Source: a bacterium (GTDB lineage: Bacteria > UBA8248). Taken from it: a stretch of 64,000 nucleotides of DNA. The stretch spans positions 288,001 through 352,000 of the forward strand of contig CBDATS010000008.1 of the NCBI GenBank assembly GCA_965200245.1, given 5' to 3'. The notes under the pieces are model-generated. The model ran no database searches. It was not told the DNA's origin and worked only from the letters and a program-made list of their open reading frames with translations. Both the position numbers and the translations under genes were made by a program. Positions 20,846 through 29,162 of this stretch are shown here, piece after piece (position 1 is the first letter of the stretch; every line of letters begins with the position of its first letter).

Positions 20846-21285
20846 TCGAACCACAACGGGCCGGAGGGGTATCTCCCTCCGGCCCGTTGTGGCGGTTGCG
20901 AATTTTTCAGGCGCTTGGTCACCTCGTCTGCGTCGGGCGCCTTGTTGTAGTCTTGATCCAGAGTGCCGTCGCCTGCGGGGCTTTTGACGGCGAAGAACTT
21001 CGCGGGTCCTTCGGTGATATGGATACCGTGACGTGTGTTTCTGGGAATATGTACCAGATCGCCGGGGCCGACCTCGTGGACCTCATCCCCACAGATCATG
21101 TTCATCTTGCCTTCGAGCATCAGGATGTACTGCTCCTCGTTGGGATGAAAGTGGGGTGGTGGGCCGTCGCCTTGGGGATAAATCACCCAGCCCACTTTCA
21201 TCAACTCTCCCGCTGTCGCGTGGTTTACGGCAGGACCCACCGCCGAGGATCCTTGGGGCAGGTCTTCCATTTTATAAAAGGGCAT
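20746..21285 (-). CDS. Cupin domain protein (homology ends ~20900; C-terminal read-through)
   Basis: PPPHFHPNEEQ, HIPRNTRHG; paralogue of next gene; tail runs through terminator into opposite-strand gene. Confidence 0.85.
   Translation of the reverse strand: MPFYKMEDLPQGSSAVGPAVNHATAGELMKVGWVIYPQGDGPPPHFHPNEEQYILMLEGKMNMICGDEVHEVGPGDLVHIPRNTRHGIHITEGPAKFFAVKSPAGDGTLDQDYNKAPDADEVTKRLKNSQPPQRAGGRYPSGPLWFDYCCACTAAMRFFRNCTAWMTFCQTSRPRGPEL
20851..20892. terminator. Perfect 18-bp hairpin between convergent genes
   Basis: CCACAACGGGCCGGAGGG-GTATCT-CCCTCCGGCCCGTTGTGG. Confidence 0.85.
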
Positions 21286-21302
21286 GGAAAATCTCCTTGG
21301 GC

Positions 21303-21707
21303 CTAGAAGTTGTCCTGCAAGGTGGATTCCAGTTTCTCCCGCGCCTCGTCGGCATCTTCAGCCTTGTTGTAATCTTGATACAGATCGCCGTCGCCCGCGG
21401 GACTTTTCACCGTGAAGAAGGCGAAAGGACCTTTCGTGATGCGGAGGCCGTGGCGCTCGTTGCGGCGTATGTGTACCAGATCGCCGGGTATGACAATGCG
21501 AGTCTCCTCCCCCAGAATCACGTTCGCCTCGCCCTCCATCACGAGAAGAAATTGCTCCTCGTTCGGGTGATAGTGTGGTGGCGGGCCGCCGTCTGCGGGG
21601 TAGGTGATCAGCCCCGCTTTCATGAGTTCACCGGCCACGCTTTGCGTCTGGGCCTTGCCCATGTCGATATGCCTGGTTTCCATCTCGGATATTCGGTAAA
21701 ACGGCAA
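21303..21707 (-). CDS. Cupin domain protein
   Basis: PPPHYHPNEEQ, HIRRNERHG; TTG start (LPFYR) aligns with MPFYK of paralogue, GAGG RBS. Confidence 0.88.
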   Translation of the reverse strand: MPFYRISEMETRHIDMGKAQTQSVAGELMKAGLITYPADGGPPPHYHPNEEQFLLVMEGEANVILGEETRIVIPGDLVHIRRNERHGLRITKGPFAFFTVKSPAGDGDLYQDYNKAEDADEAREKLESTLQDNF

Positions 21708-21724
21708 GTTCAGGTTCCTCCCTT

Positions 21725-22405
21725 TCAATCGAGCCGCGCGACCACGCGCGCGGGCGCGCCCTCGATTCTGTAAAGTTTCATCGGGAATGCGAACATCTCG
21801 AATTCCGTTTCTTCAAAAGTTTCGAGGTTGATGACGTGTTCTATAAGCGGGATCCCCCGCCCCAGCACGGTACGGTGACCTGGGGAATCCTCGTGATGGA
21901 CAACGGAGTCGGTTTGGAGACCCGGATCTATGGCGTGGTCCATGCAAAGGGCTTTCATGCCACAATCGCACAGGAAGTGGCACGCCTCCTTGTCGAGATA
22001 CGGGTTGGGGCCGAAATAATCGGGCGTGAAGAATTTCTCCTTCGACCAGCCTGTCCAGGAGATGGCGATGGATCCGTTCAGGCGCTGGGGGTCGAAGCCG
22101 GGGGAGGATTCGATCATCTCCCGGGTGATGGGGTTCGCTTCGCGCGCAATTCCTCTTAAATCTATCTTCACGGCGCGGCCGCAAAAAGTCTCGAGCGGCA
22201 TCTCGTCAATTGTCACGCCATCAGGATAGAAATGGTTGGGCGCGTCCAGGTGTGTTCCCTGATGGATCGCCATTTTCACTGCGCTGTTCTGGCGACCATG
22301 GGTAGGGTGTTCGTGAAACTGCCAGTATACCACCGGGGGGAAGGTTGGCACCTCGCAAAGGTCGGGGTGTCCGAGAGGGGCGGTGAGGTCAATCAATCGG
22401 CTCAT
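21725..22405 (-). CDS. Cyclase family metal hydrolase (kynurenine formamidase-like)
   Basis: IDLT, HQGTHLDAPNHF, H..LGRGIPLIE, EGAPARVVA; GGAGG RBS. Confidence 0.9.
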   Translation of the reverse strand: MSRLIDLTAPLGHPDLCEVPTFPPVVYWQFHEHPTHGRQNSAVKMAIHQGTHLDAPNHFYPDGVTIDEMPLETFCGRAVKIDLRGIAREANPITREMIESSPGFDPQRLNGSIAISWTGWSKEKFFTPDYFGPNPYLDKEACHFLCDCGMKALCMDHAIDPGLQTDSVVHHEDSPGHRTVLGRGIPLIEHVINLETFEETEFEMFAFPMKLYRIEGAPARVVARLD

Positions 22406-23270
22406 GGTTATCCTCCGTTGATTTGGCGACTGAAAGGTGGTGTTTTCTGAAAAAATCGTGAGCGATGGCGAGCACGGCCTCGGGCCTGTCGAGTTGTACA
22501 TAGCGGCCCGCCCCCTCGATGAGAACAGATCTGCAACGTCGAATCCTCGCCGAGAGGATTTGGGCGTCCTCGTGGAATTCGGGGTCTTCCTCACCTGTGA
22601 TTGCGAGCACGGCGCAGGAAACTTTGCAGAGGCGTTCCGTGAGGTCGGGCGCGAGAAGTTCGGCGTATCCCGCAGAAGAGTATCCTGAAGCGTCGTTTCG
22701 CAAGAACAGGCGGTGATGCTCCGCACGTTCCATAGGGGTCATGCCTCGGGGTTCCCTGCCTTCGCTTTTTCTGTTGCGATAGGCTTCCTGCATGTCTCCC
22801 GCCTCGACTAGGTGGATACGCTCGGCTACTCCTCTGCGCACGCTCTTGGCGGCGGGCGCGGCTCCAGTCGAAATGAGGATGAGAGCGCCGGGCAGGTGGG
22901 GCTGCTCGACGGCGAGCATGAGCGCCGCCTTGGCACCCAGGCCGTGTCCGATCAGAACAGGCCGGCTCAACTCAAGGCGCGCGACGAGGGCGCCTATGTC
23001 GCCTGCCATCTCGGTGAGCGTGTATTTTCCCGGTGGACTCGAGGAACGCCCGTGTCCCCTTGGTTCCATGACGATAACGCGGTGCATACTCGAGAGCGTG
23101 GGTACAATCTTGCGCCATACCCAGGACGTATCGCCCAGACCCGGAACGCAGAGGACGGGGGTTCCCTCACCCGATGATTCATAGCAGATGATGACGGGAT
23201 CGTTCGCGCCGGCGCGGCTCAGGTTCAAATACCTTGAAGTGCGCGAAGATTCGCCTGCGACCCGAACCAT
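22389..23270 (-). CDS. Alpha/beta hydrolase fold protein with degenerate catalytic triad
   Basis: G.G.PVL..PG, PRGHGRS; GHGLG at nucleophile elbow, GEED, GAGR. Confidence 0.82.
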   Translation of the reverse strand: MVRVAGESSRTSRYLNLSRAGANDPVIICYESSGEGTPVLCVPGLGDTSWVWRKIVPTLSSMHRVIVMEPRGHGRSSSPPGKYTLTEMAGDIGALVARLELSRPVLIGHGLGAKAALMLAVEQPHLPGALILISTGAAPAAKSVRRGVAERIHLVEAGDMQEAYRNRKSEGREPRGMTPMERAEHHRLFLRNDASGYSSAGYAELLAPDLTERLCKVSCAVLAITGEEDPEFHEDAQILSARIRRCRSVLIEGAGRYVQLDRPEAVLAIAHDFFRKHHLSVAKSTEDNHEPID

Positions 23271-23272
23271 AC

Positions 23273-24043
23273 CTAGAGTGAAGCCAGGTCTTCGATCAGC
23301 CCGCGCAGACGCGCGGATACGGCTTCGAAATACTGTGCCCCGGTTTCCGCCGTCGCGGCACTCGGAGTACCCGATACGCCCGATGGTGCGCGGTGCCTGT
23401 TGAAATCCACCGGGCGGAAAAGCATGCCACGGTGGTGCATATCCTTTGTTGCCAAAGGATGCGTGTTCGTGTTGGGTTGATCGACTACCTCTTCCATGTT
23501 CACCAGATCGGGGCGAAGGTGGAGCATCATTGCGGTTTCGAACTCACCGCTGTGGGCCATACCTCCTACGGGCGTTTTTCTGATCTCCGCAGAGATTTCG
23601 TTGCCAAGATGGAAGTAGGTGATCATCCAGATGGTGAGCTCCAGTTCGTAGCCGATGTCGTTCAGCGTGGCTTGTAACGGCTGTACGTTTCCGCCATGGC
23701 CGTTCACGACGAATATTTTCTTGTATCCGTGATGGGCCACGGAGCGGATGATGTCCTTGATGAGGGCGACATAGGTCTCAAGTCTCAAGGAGATGGTTCC
23801 CGGATACTCGAAGTGATGGTGCGACGTACCCGTCCACATCGTAGGTGTCAGGAGTACGTTATCGAGGCCCTCCAAGGCCTTTCGGCAAACACTGGTACAC
23901 AGAAGCGTATCCACCACGACGGGGTTGTGTGGCCCATGCTGTTCCATCGAGGCGAAGGGAATAACGACCACGGCTCCGTTTTGGACCATTTCCTTGTGTT
24001 GCGGCCAACTGAGTTCTTCCCAAAGCATAGGGGCATCCTTCAA
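23273..24043 (-). CDS. Creatininase family amidohydrolase
   Basis: SMEQHGPH, DT, SHHH, NGHGGN, HSGEFETA. Confidence 0.92.
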   Translation of the reverse strand: MKDAPMLWEELSWPQHKEMVQNGAVVVIPFASMEQHGPHNPVVVDTLLCTSVCRKALEGLDNVLLTPTMWTGTSHHHFEYPGTISLRLETYVALIKDIIRSVAHHGYKKIFVVNGHGGNVQPLQATLNDIGYELELTIWMITYFHLGNEISAEIRKTPVGGMAHSGEFETAMMLHLRPDLVNMEEVVDQPNTNTHPLATKDMHHRGMLFRPVDFNRHRAPSGVSGTPSAATAETGAQYFEAVSARLRGLIEDLASL

Positions 24044-24135
24044 TTTAGTGTGAGTAAGACCTCAAGGTTCTCAGGTTTTTTCATATCCGGCAAGAGCCGC
24101 GCCTCTCCGTGGCATACCTGGGGCGAGTTTCCCGA

Positions 24136-24164
24136 TTGACAACTCCAGGCGCTGCCGCCATGCT
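24136..24164 (+). promoter_or_regulatory. Sigma70-like promoter 7 nt upstream of the ATG (leaderless candidate)
   Basis: TTGACA-17 nt-CATGCT. Confidence 0.45.
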
Positions 24165-24171
24165 CCCCTGT

Positions 24172-25179
24172 ATGAAATTCTCTACCGAGATTACACGCCT
24201 CCTGAACATCGAACATCCGATCCTGCTCGCCCCGATGGGCGGTGTTGCGGGCGGCGCGTTGGCCGGCGCGGTTTCCGCCGCAGGTGGTCTGGGACTCATC
24301 GGCGCGGGTTATGCCGACCCTGCGTTCGGCTACGGCTCGGATGAGTGGATTCTAGGGGAGTTCAAAAAGGCGGGTGCCCGCGCGGTCGGCATCGGCTTCA
24401 TCACCTGGGCACTGGAGAAAAGAGCCAGCGCACTTGACGTCGCGCTTGAATGTGGGCCTCGGGCCGTCATGCTTTCATTCGGCGACATCTCGCCATACGC
24501 CGAGAAAATACTGGCTACCGATGCGACGCTGATCTGCCAGATACAGACCCTGGAAGACGCCAGGGAAGCGGCAGCGAGGGGCGCCGAGATCGTCGTCGCG
24601 CAAGGGACAGAAGCCGGCGGACACGGGGCTGATCGCTCCACGTTGCCTCTCGTTCCGGCGGTCGCCGACGCGATAGCGCCAATACCGGTCGCAGCCGCAG
24701 GCGGCATCGCAGATGGACGCGGACTCGCTGCCGCCCTGATGCTGGGCGCCCAGGCAGTCCTGATTGGCACCCGTTTTTGGGCCACGCGCGAAGCGCTGGG
24801 CCATCCGAACCAAAAAACGCTAATCGAGCGAACCAGCGGCGGCCATACGCTGCGCACCAAGGTCTTCGACACGGCCCGGGGCATCGCTTGGCCGGAATCC
24901 TTCACGGGGCGGGCCATCCACAACGCCTTCGCCGAAACCTGGCACGATCGCGACGACGAACTGAGGGAGCAGGGTGCTTCTACGCGCGAGCATTTCTTCG
25001 AGGCTCAGCGCGTGGGGGATACGAAGGTGGCGGTTACTTTCGCCGGCGAAGGTTTGGACCTCATCGCCGACCGTCCGGGTGCAGGCGAGATCGTCGACAG
25101 GATTGCAGTAGAAGCGGTCGACACGCTCAACAAGGCGCAGATTCGCTATCTCGGCCACGACTCGGTGGAGAGCGGGTAA
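24172..25179 (+). CDS. Nitronate monooxygenase / FabK-like flavoprotein
   Basis: HPILLAPMGG, AQGTEAGGH, AAGGIADGRG, IGTRF. Confidence 0.92.
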   Translation: MKFSTEITRLLNIEHPILLAPMGGVAGGALAGAVSAAGGLGLIGAGYADPAFGYGSDEWILGEFKKAGARAVGIGFITWALEKRASALDVALECGPRAVMLSFGDISPYAEKILATDATLICQIQTLEDAREAAARGAEIVVAQGTEAGGHGADRSTLPLVPAVADAIAPIPVAAAGGIADGRGLAAALMLGAQAVLIGTRFWATREALGHPNQKTLIERTSGGHTLRTKVFDTARGIAWPESFTGRAIHNAFAETWHDRDDELREQGASTREHFFEAQRVGDTKVAVTFAGEGLDLIADRPGAGEIVDRIAVEAVDTLNKAQIRYLGHDSVESG

Positions 25180-25288
25180 CCGCAAACAGTGCTTGGTTCA
25201 ACTCCGCTACCGGTCGCTTTTCGGCTTGTCAGAATCTACAATTCGTGGTCTTTTAAGGGCCGCAAGAAATACCGGTGGAGAAAGACAG

Positions 25289-25789
25289 ATGTATTCGAAC
25301 GATTCGGTGAGAGAAGACGAGCGCTGGATGGCCGAGGCGCTGGCACTGGCCGCACAGGCAGAAAAAGCGGGTGACGTGCCCGTGGGAGCGCTGGTTGTGC
25401 GCGATGGCCGGGTGCTTGGCCGAGGCTTCAACAGGCGAGAAGCCGCCTGCGACCCCACTGCACACGCCGAAGTCTTGGCGTTGAGAGAAGCAGCTCAGAC
25501 CGACGGCATTTGGCGGCTTGATGGTGCAACCCTGTACGTCACGCTCGAGCCGTGCCCCATGTGCGCGGGTGCCATTGTGAACTCGCGGATCGCACGGCTC
25601 GTCTTCGGGGCCACAGACCCCAAGGGAGGGGCCTGCGGTTCTTTGTTCGACATTCCCTCGGATCCGCGCGTGAACCACCGCGTGTCTATCACATCGGGTG
25701 TCATGGCCGAGGATAGCGCTGTGATGCTGCGTGCCTTTTTCGAGGAGCGCCGACGTGTCGCCCGTGAGGCGAGGCAGGCTGCGCGGTGA
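25289..25789 (+). CDS. tadA: tRNA adenosine(34) deaminase
   Basis: VPVGA, DPTAHAE, WRL, TLEPCPMCAGA, DPKGG. Confidence 0.94.
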   Translation: MYSNDSVREDERWMAEALALAAQAEKAGDVPVGALVVRDGRVLGRGFNRREAACDPTAHAEVLALREAAQTDGIWRLDGATLYVTLEPCPMCAGAIVNSRIARLVFGATDPKGGACGSLFDIPSDPRVNHRVSITSGVMAEDSAVMLRAFFEERRRVAREARQAAR

Positions 25790-25804
25790 AGAAATGAACT
25801 TTGC

Positions 25805-25896
25805 GGAGAGGTGGCCGAGTCCGGTTTAAGGCGGCAGACTCGAAATCTGTTGTGCAGGTAACTGCACCGGGGGTTCAAATCCCTCCCTCTCCGCCA
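25805..25896 (+). tRNA. tRNA-Ser (anticodon CGA)
   Basis: Acceptor GGAGAGG/CCTCTCC-GCCA, anticodon arm GCAGA-CTCGAAA-TCTGT, long variable arm GTGCAG-GTAA-CTGCAC, T-loop TTCAAAT. Confidence 0.97.
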
Positions 25897-26121
25897 TTCG
25901 CTGTGTTGGGTCACTTGCCTCGATCGTAAAATCATGGAAGTTGATTCAAACTATTTTTGATATTTGCTTCCTGAATGGCGTGGATGATTTCCTTGGTGTA
26001 ACTTGAAATCAAAACAAAAGCGGATTCATTGTAACTCCTGCGCAACCTGACGGGTTCGTGCAGGAGTGTGACATAAAAAGCCTCCTGGCTTCAAGAATCA
26101 GGTTGTCTGAACAAAGGGCGA

Positions 26122-27612
26122 TCAGGTGGAACCCGTCTTTTTGAAAAGAGAAGTCCTCTTCAGGAAAACACTTGTCAGGTAGAGAAGCGCCAAGAGAAGA
26201 AACACGAGGCTTATCGGCTTGCGAAAGAAAATGCCCGGATCGCCGTCCGAGAGGATGAGCGACATTCTCGCGTTTTTCTCGAATACCGGCCCCAGGATGA
26301 TCGCCAGCAATAGGGGCATGATGGGATAGTCGAACTTTTGCATGAGGTAGCCGAGCATCCCGAAGCCGATCATCAGGAAAACGTCGAAAAAGCTGTTTTG
26401 GAGCGCGAATGCCCCGATGACGCAGAACACCGCGATGCTCGGAAAAAGAAGCCCCGGCGGCACGCGCAAGACCTGGACAAACAGGCGTATGCCCAACAAT
26501 GCGATGACGATGGTCAAGAAAAGTGCGACGAAGAATGACCCGAAAATCGAGAACACGAAACCGCCGTGGCTTTCGAATAGCAGAGGCCCCGGCGCGAGTC
26601 CCTGAATGGTGAGTGCGCCGAGCATCACGGCGGTCACGGGGTCGCCGGGGATTCCAAGCGTGAGCATCGGTATCATCGCGCCGCCGGTCATGGCGCTGTT
26701 GGCAGCTTCGGGCGCGGACACGCCCTCCAGTTTCCCTTTCCCGAATGATTCGGGCTCGGTCGAGCGGCGTTGCGCCGTATTGTAGCTCAAAACGGCTGCG
26801 ACGGCGCTCCCCGTACCCGGTAGCAGGCCGATCGTTGTTCCGATGAAGGAGGATTGCACGAGCGTTCTCCAAAGACCGGCCAGAGTTTTCAACGAAGGAA
26901 GCAGGTCTCGCAGGCGTGTAGAAAAATCAGGCAGCGAGACGGCCGAGCCGCGCATGCCGGAGATGATCTCGGGCACCGCGAAAAGCCCAATCATCACCGG
27001 CAGGAAAGAGACCCCTTGCTGGATTTGCACAACGGAAAACGTGAAGCGCGGTATCGAATCGATGGGGTCCATGCCGACGGTGGAAAAACTCAAACCCAGC
27101 ACGCCCGAGATGAGTGCTTTGCTCATCGAGGTTTGCGCGAATCCGCAGATGAGACAAAGTCCCAGCAAGACCAGCGACGCCAACTCGGGCGCGCCGAATT
27201 TCAGGGCGAAATCCGCCAATTGGGGCGCGATGGTCACCAGGCAGACCAGGCTGAACAGTCCGCCCAGAAAACTTGAGAAAAAGGCTACACCCAGCGCGAC
27301 ACCGGCCCGGCCCTTGCGAGCAAGCGGGTGTCCGTCCAGGCTCGTGACGATGGCGGCGGGATTGCCGGGGATGTTGAGGAGGATGGCTGAGATACTGCCC
27401 CCCGTCATCCCGCCGACGAAAACGCCTACCAGAAGGCTCATCGACGTGACGCTCGCCATATGGAAGGTGAACGGCAACAAAAGGATGATGCCCATGCTCA
27501 CCGTGAGTCCCGGAATGGCCGCGAAAACGATGCCCATAAAACTGCCCAGGATGGCAAACAGAAAGGGCTTCCACGCCAGGGCCTGGACGAGGCCTTCCAC
27601 CAGGAGGCTCAT
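26122..27612 (-). CDS. tctA: Tripartite tricarboxylate transporter large membrane subunit
   Basis: ILLNIPG.PAAIVT..DG, APEAANSA, LTLGIPGD. Confidence 0.93.
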   Translation of the reverse strand: MSLLVEGLVQALAWKPFLFAILGSFMGIVFAAIPGLTVSMGIILLLPFTFHMASVTSMSLLVGVFVGGMTGGSISAILLNIPGNPAAIVTSLDGHPLARKGRAGVALGVAFFSSFLGGLFSLVCLVTIAPQLADFALKFGAPELASLVLLGLCLICGFAQTSMSKALISGVLGLSFSTVGMDPIDSIPRFTFSVVQIQQGVSFLPVMIGLFAVPEIISGMRGSAVSLPDFSTRLRDLLPSLKTLAGLWRTLVQSSFIGTTIGLLPGTGSAVAAVLSYNTAQRRSTEPESFGKGKLEGVSAPEAANSAMTGGAMIPMLTLGIPGDPVTAVMLGALTIQGLAPGPLLFESHGGFVFSIFGSFFVALFLTIVIALLGIRLFVQVLRVPPGLLFPSIAVFCVIGAFALQNSFFDVFLMIGFGMLGYLMQKFDYPIMPLLLAIILGPVFEKNARMSLILSDGDPGIFFRKPISLVFLLLALLYLTSVFLKRTSLFKKTGST

Positions 27613-27614
27613 CT

Positions 27615-28103
27615 CTAGAAGAGCCAGTCCTGCGGCAGGGGCACCTTCAGCAAATGGTGAAATACGTAGTTCACCGCCAAGGCGAAAACGACGACATAGG
27701 GGAGTGTGATTTTCCAGGAACGGATACCGCTCCACCGTATGGAGACGAAGAGAAACACGGCGACCGCGGCGCTAAAACCGATGTATTGCATCAAGAGCGC
27801 CAGGCCCGCCAGGAGGAGACAGAGGATCAAGGCGTCGAGAACACCTTTTCGCTCGATAACAACGATGTGCTCGCTCTTTCGGGATACGCAGAGAAGGTCC
27901 ACCCCCAGATCGACCAGTGTCAGGACGATGAGCAACGAAGCCCAGAGCCAAGGAATAAAAGAAGGCCCCAAGGGACCTTCTTCCCCCGGTCCCTGGGGCA
28001 ACTCCAGAATGATCGAACCATACCAGACGTAAAAAACCACCAAAAGGATCGGGACGAGGAGGCGTTCAACGCGCAACCTGATTTTTTTGTTCTCCCCCGT
28101 CAT
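27615..28103 (-). CDS. tctB: Tripartite tricarboxylate transporter small membrane subunit
   Basis: Four TM segments, LGPSFIP, VF..LLKVPLP; between tctC and tctA. Confidence 0.88.
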   Translation of the reverse strand: MTGENKKIRLRVERLLVPILLVVFYVWYGSIILELPQGPGEEGPLGPSFIPWLWASLLIVLTLVDLGVDLLCVSRKSEHIVVIERKGVLDALILCLLLAGLALLMQYIGFSAAVAVFLFVSIRWSGIRSWKITLPYVVVFALAVNYVFHHLLKVPLPQDWLF

Positions 28104-28157
28104 GAACACCGAATCCCTTGCCCTCGCGACATTTCTGCCTCGGCGCGATTCAGAAGT

Positions 28158-29120
28158 CTACTTCTTCTTTTTCTTCTTCTTGTCCAGACCCAGCGAAACG
28201 ACGATCTCCTTGATCAGGGCATTTTGTTTGGCCACAAAGGCCGGGAATTTGTCCGGTCCCATGTAGGAGACCAGGAAACCTCGCTTCTCGGCGGTGGCCA
28301 GGACTTTCGGATCCTTTGCAGCAGCAGAGAATGCCTGGTGAAGTTTTTGAACCGCCTCTTTGGGCGTTCCCTTGGGAACGTGCAGTCCACGGAACTGATA
28401 GAAGCCGACGTCCCACCCATGCTCGCTGAACAGGGGAACCTTGGGATATGCCGGATGGCGTTTCGGGAACGAAACGGCCAGCATGCGTACCTTGCCCGCT
28501 TTGTGCAGGGCCAGCACCTCAGGCGGATGGACGGAAATCGCGTCGACCTCGCCTCCAAGCAGGCTGGGCACACGGCGCTTGCCCAGGGGAACATGACGGA
28601 ACTTGAAGCCTGCCTTTTTGGCCAGTGCCGAAGCCGTAAGCCGTGTGAAACTGCCCGAACCAGCGCTTCCGATCTTGAGCGTCTTCGATTTGGCCGCCTT
28701 CACGAGGTCGGGAAGCGTCTTGAAAGGAGAATCTCCCCGCACGACGATGGCGGTTGCCTCGAACACCACGCGGGAAACGTAGTCCCAGGCGCGGTAGTCA
28801 TACGGCAGGCGCCCCATGTTCGTGCCGGTCAGGATCGAGGCCGAAAGCCAGCCGATCTTGTACCCGTCGGCAGGTGCGGTCTTGATGTACGCGAAGCCGA
28901 TCGTGCCACCGGCTCCCGGACGGTTCACGGCGACGATGGGCTGCCCGAATACTTTTTCGGCCGCTTTCGCCACGGTGCGGCCGGAGATGTCCGCAGCGCC
29001 TCCGGCCTTGAAGGTGATGGTCATCTCTACGGGTTTCGTCGGGTAGGCGGCCGAGGCGGGCGCAACCGAAAACCCCGCGACGGCGAAGGCGAGTGCGAAT
29101 ACCAGCAAAAACTTCTTCAT
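28158..29120 (-). CDS. tctC: Tripartite tricarboxylate transporter substrate-binding protein (Bug/TctC)
   Basis: YPTKPV, AGGAADISGR, NRPGAGGTIG, ADGY, PKGTP; signal peptide. Confidence 0.93.
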   Translation of the reverse strand: MKKFLLVFALAFAVAGFSVAPASAAYPTKPVEMTITFKAGGAADISGRTVAKAAEKVFGQPIVAVNRPGAGGTIGFAYIKTAPADGYKIGWLSASILTGTNMGRLPYDYRAWDYVSRVVFEATAIVVRGDSPFKTLPDLVKAAKSKTLKIGSAGSGSFTRLTASALAKKAGFKFRHVPLGKRRVPSLLGGEVDAISVHPPEVLALHKAGKVRMLAVSFPKRHPAYPKVPLFSEHGWDVGFYQFRGLHVPKGTPKEAVQKLHQAFSAAAKDPKVLATAEKRGFLVSYMGPDKFPAFVAKQNALIKEIVVSLGLDKKKKKKK

Positions 29121-29162
29121 GGGGAATCCTCCTTGAAATACGTCGGAACTAACGAAATCAGC

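Noticed and set aside
25805-25896. Long-variable-arm tRNA as tRNA-Sec for the nearby selenoproteins
   Set aside because: Anticodon is CGA (Ser), not TCA, and the acceptor stem is a standard 7 bp.
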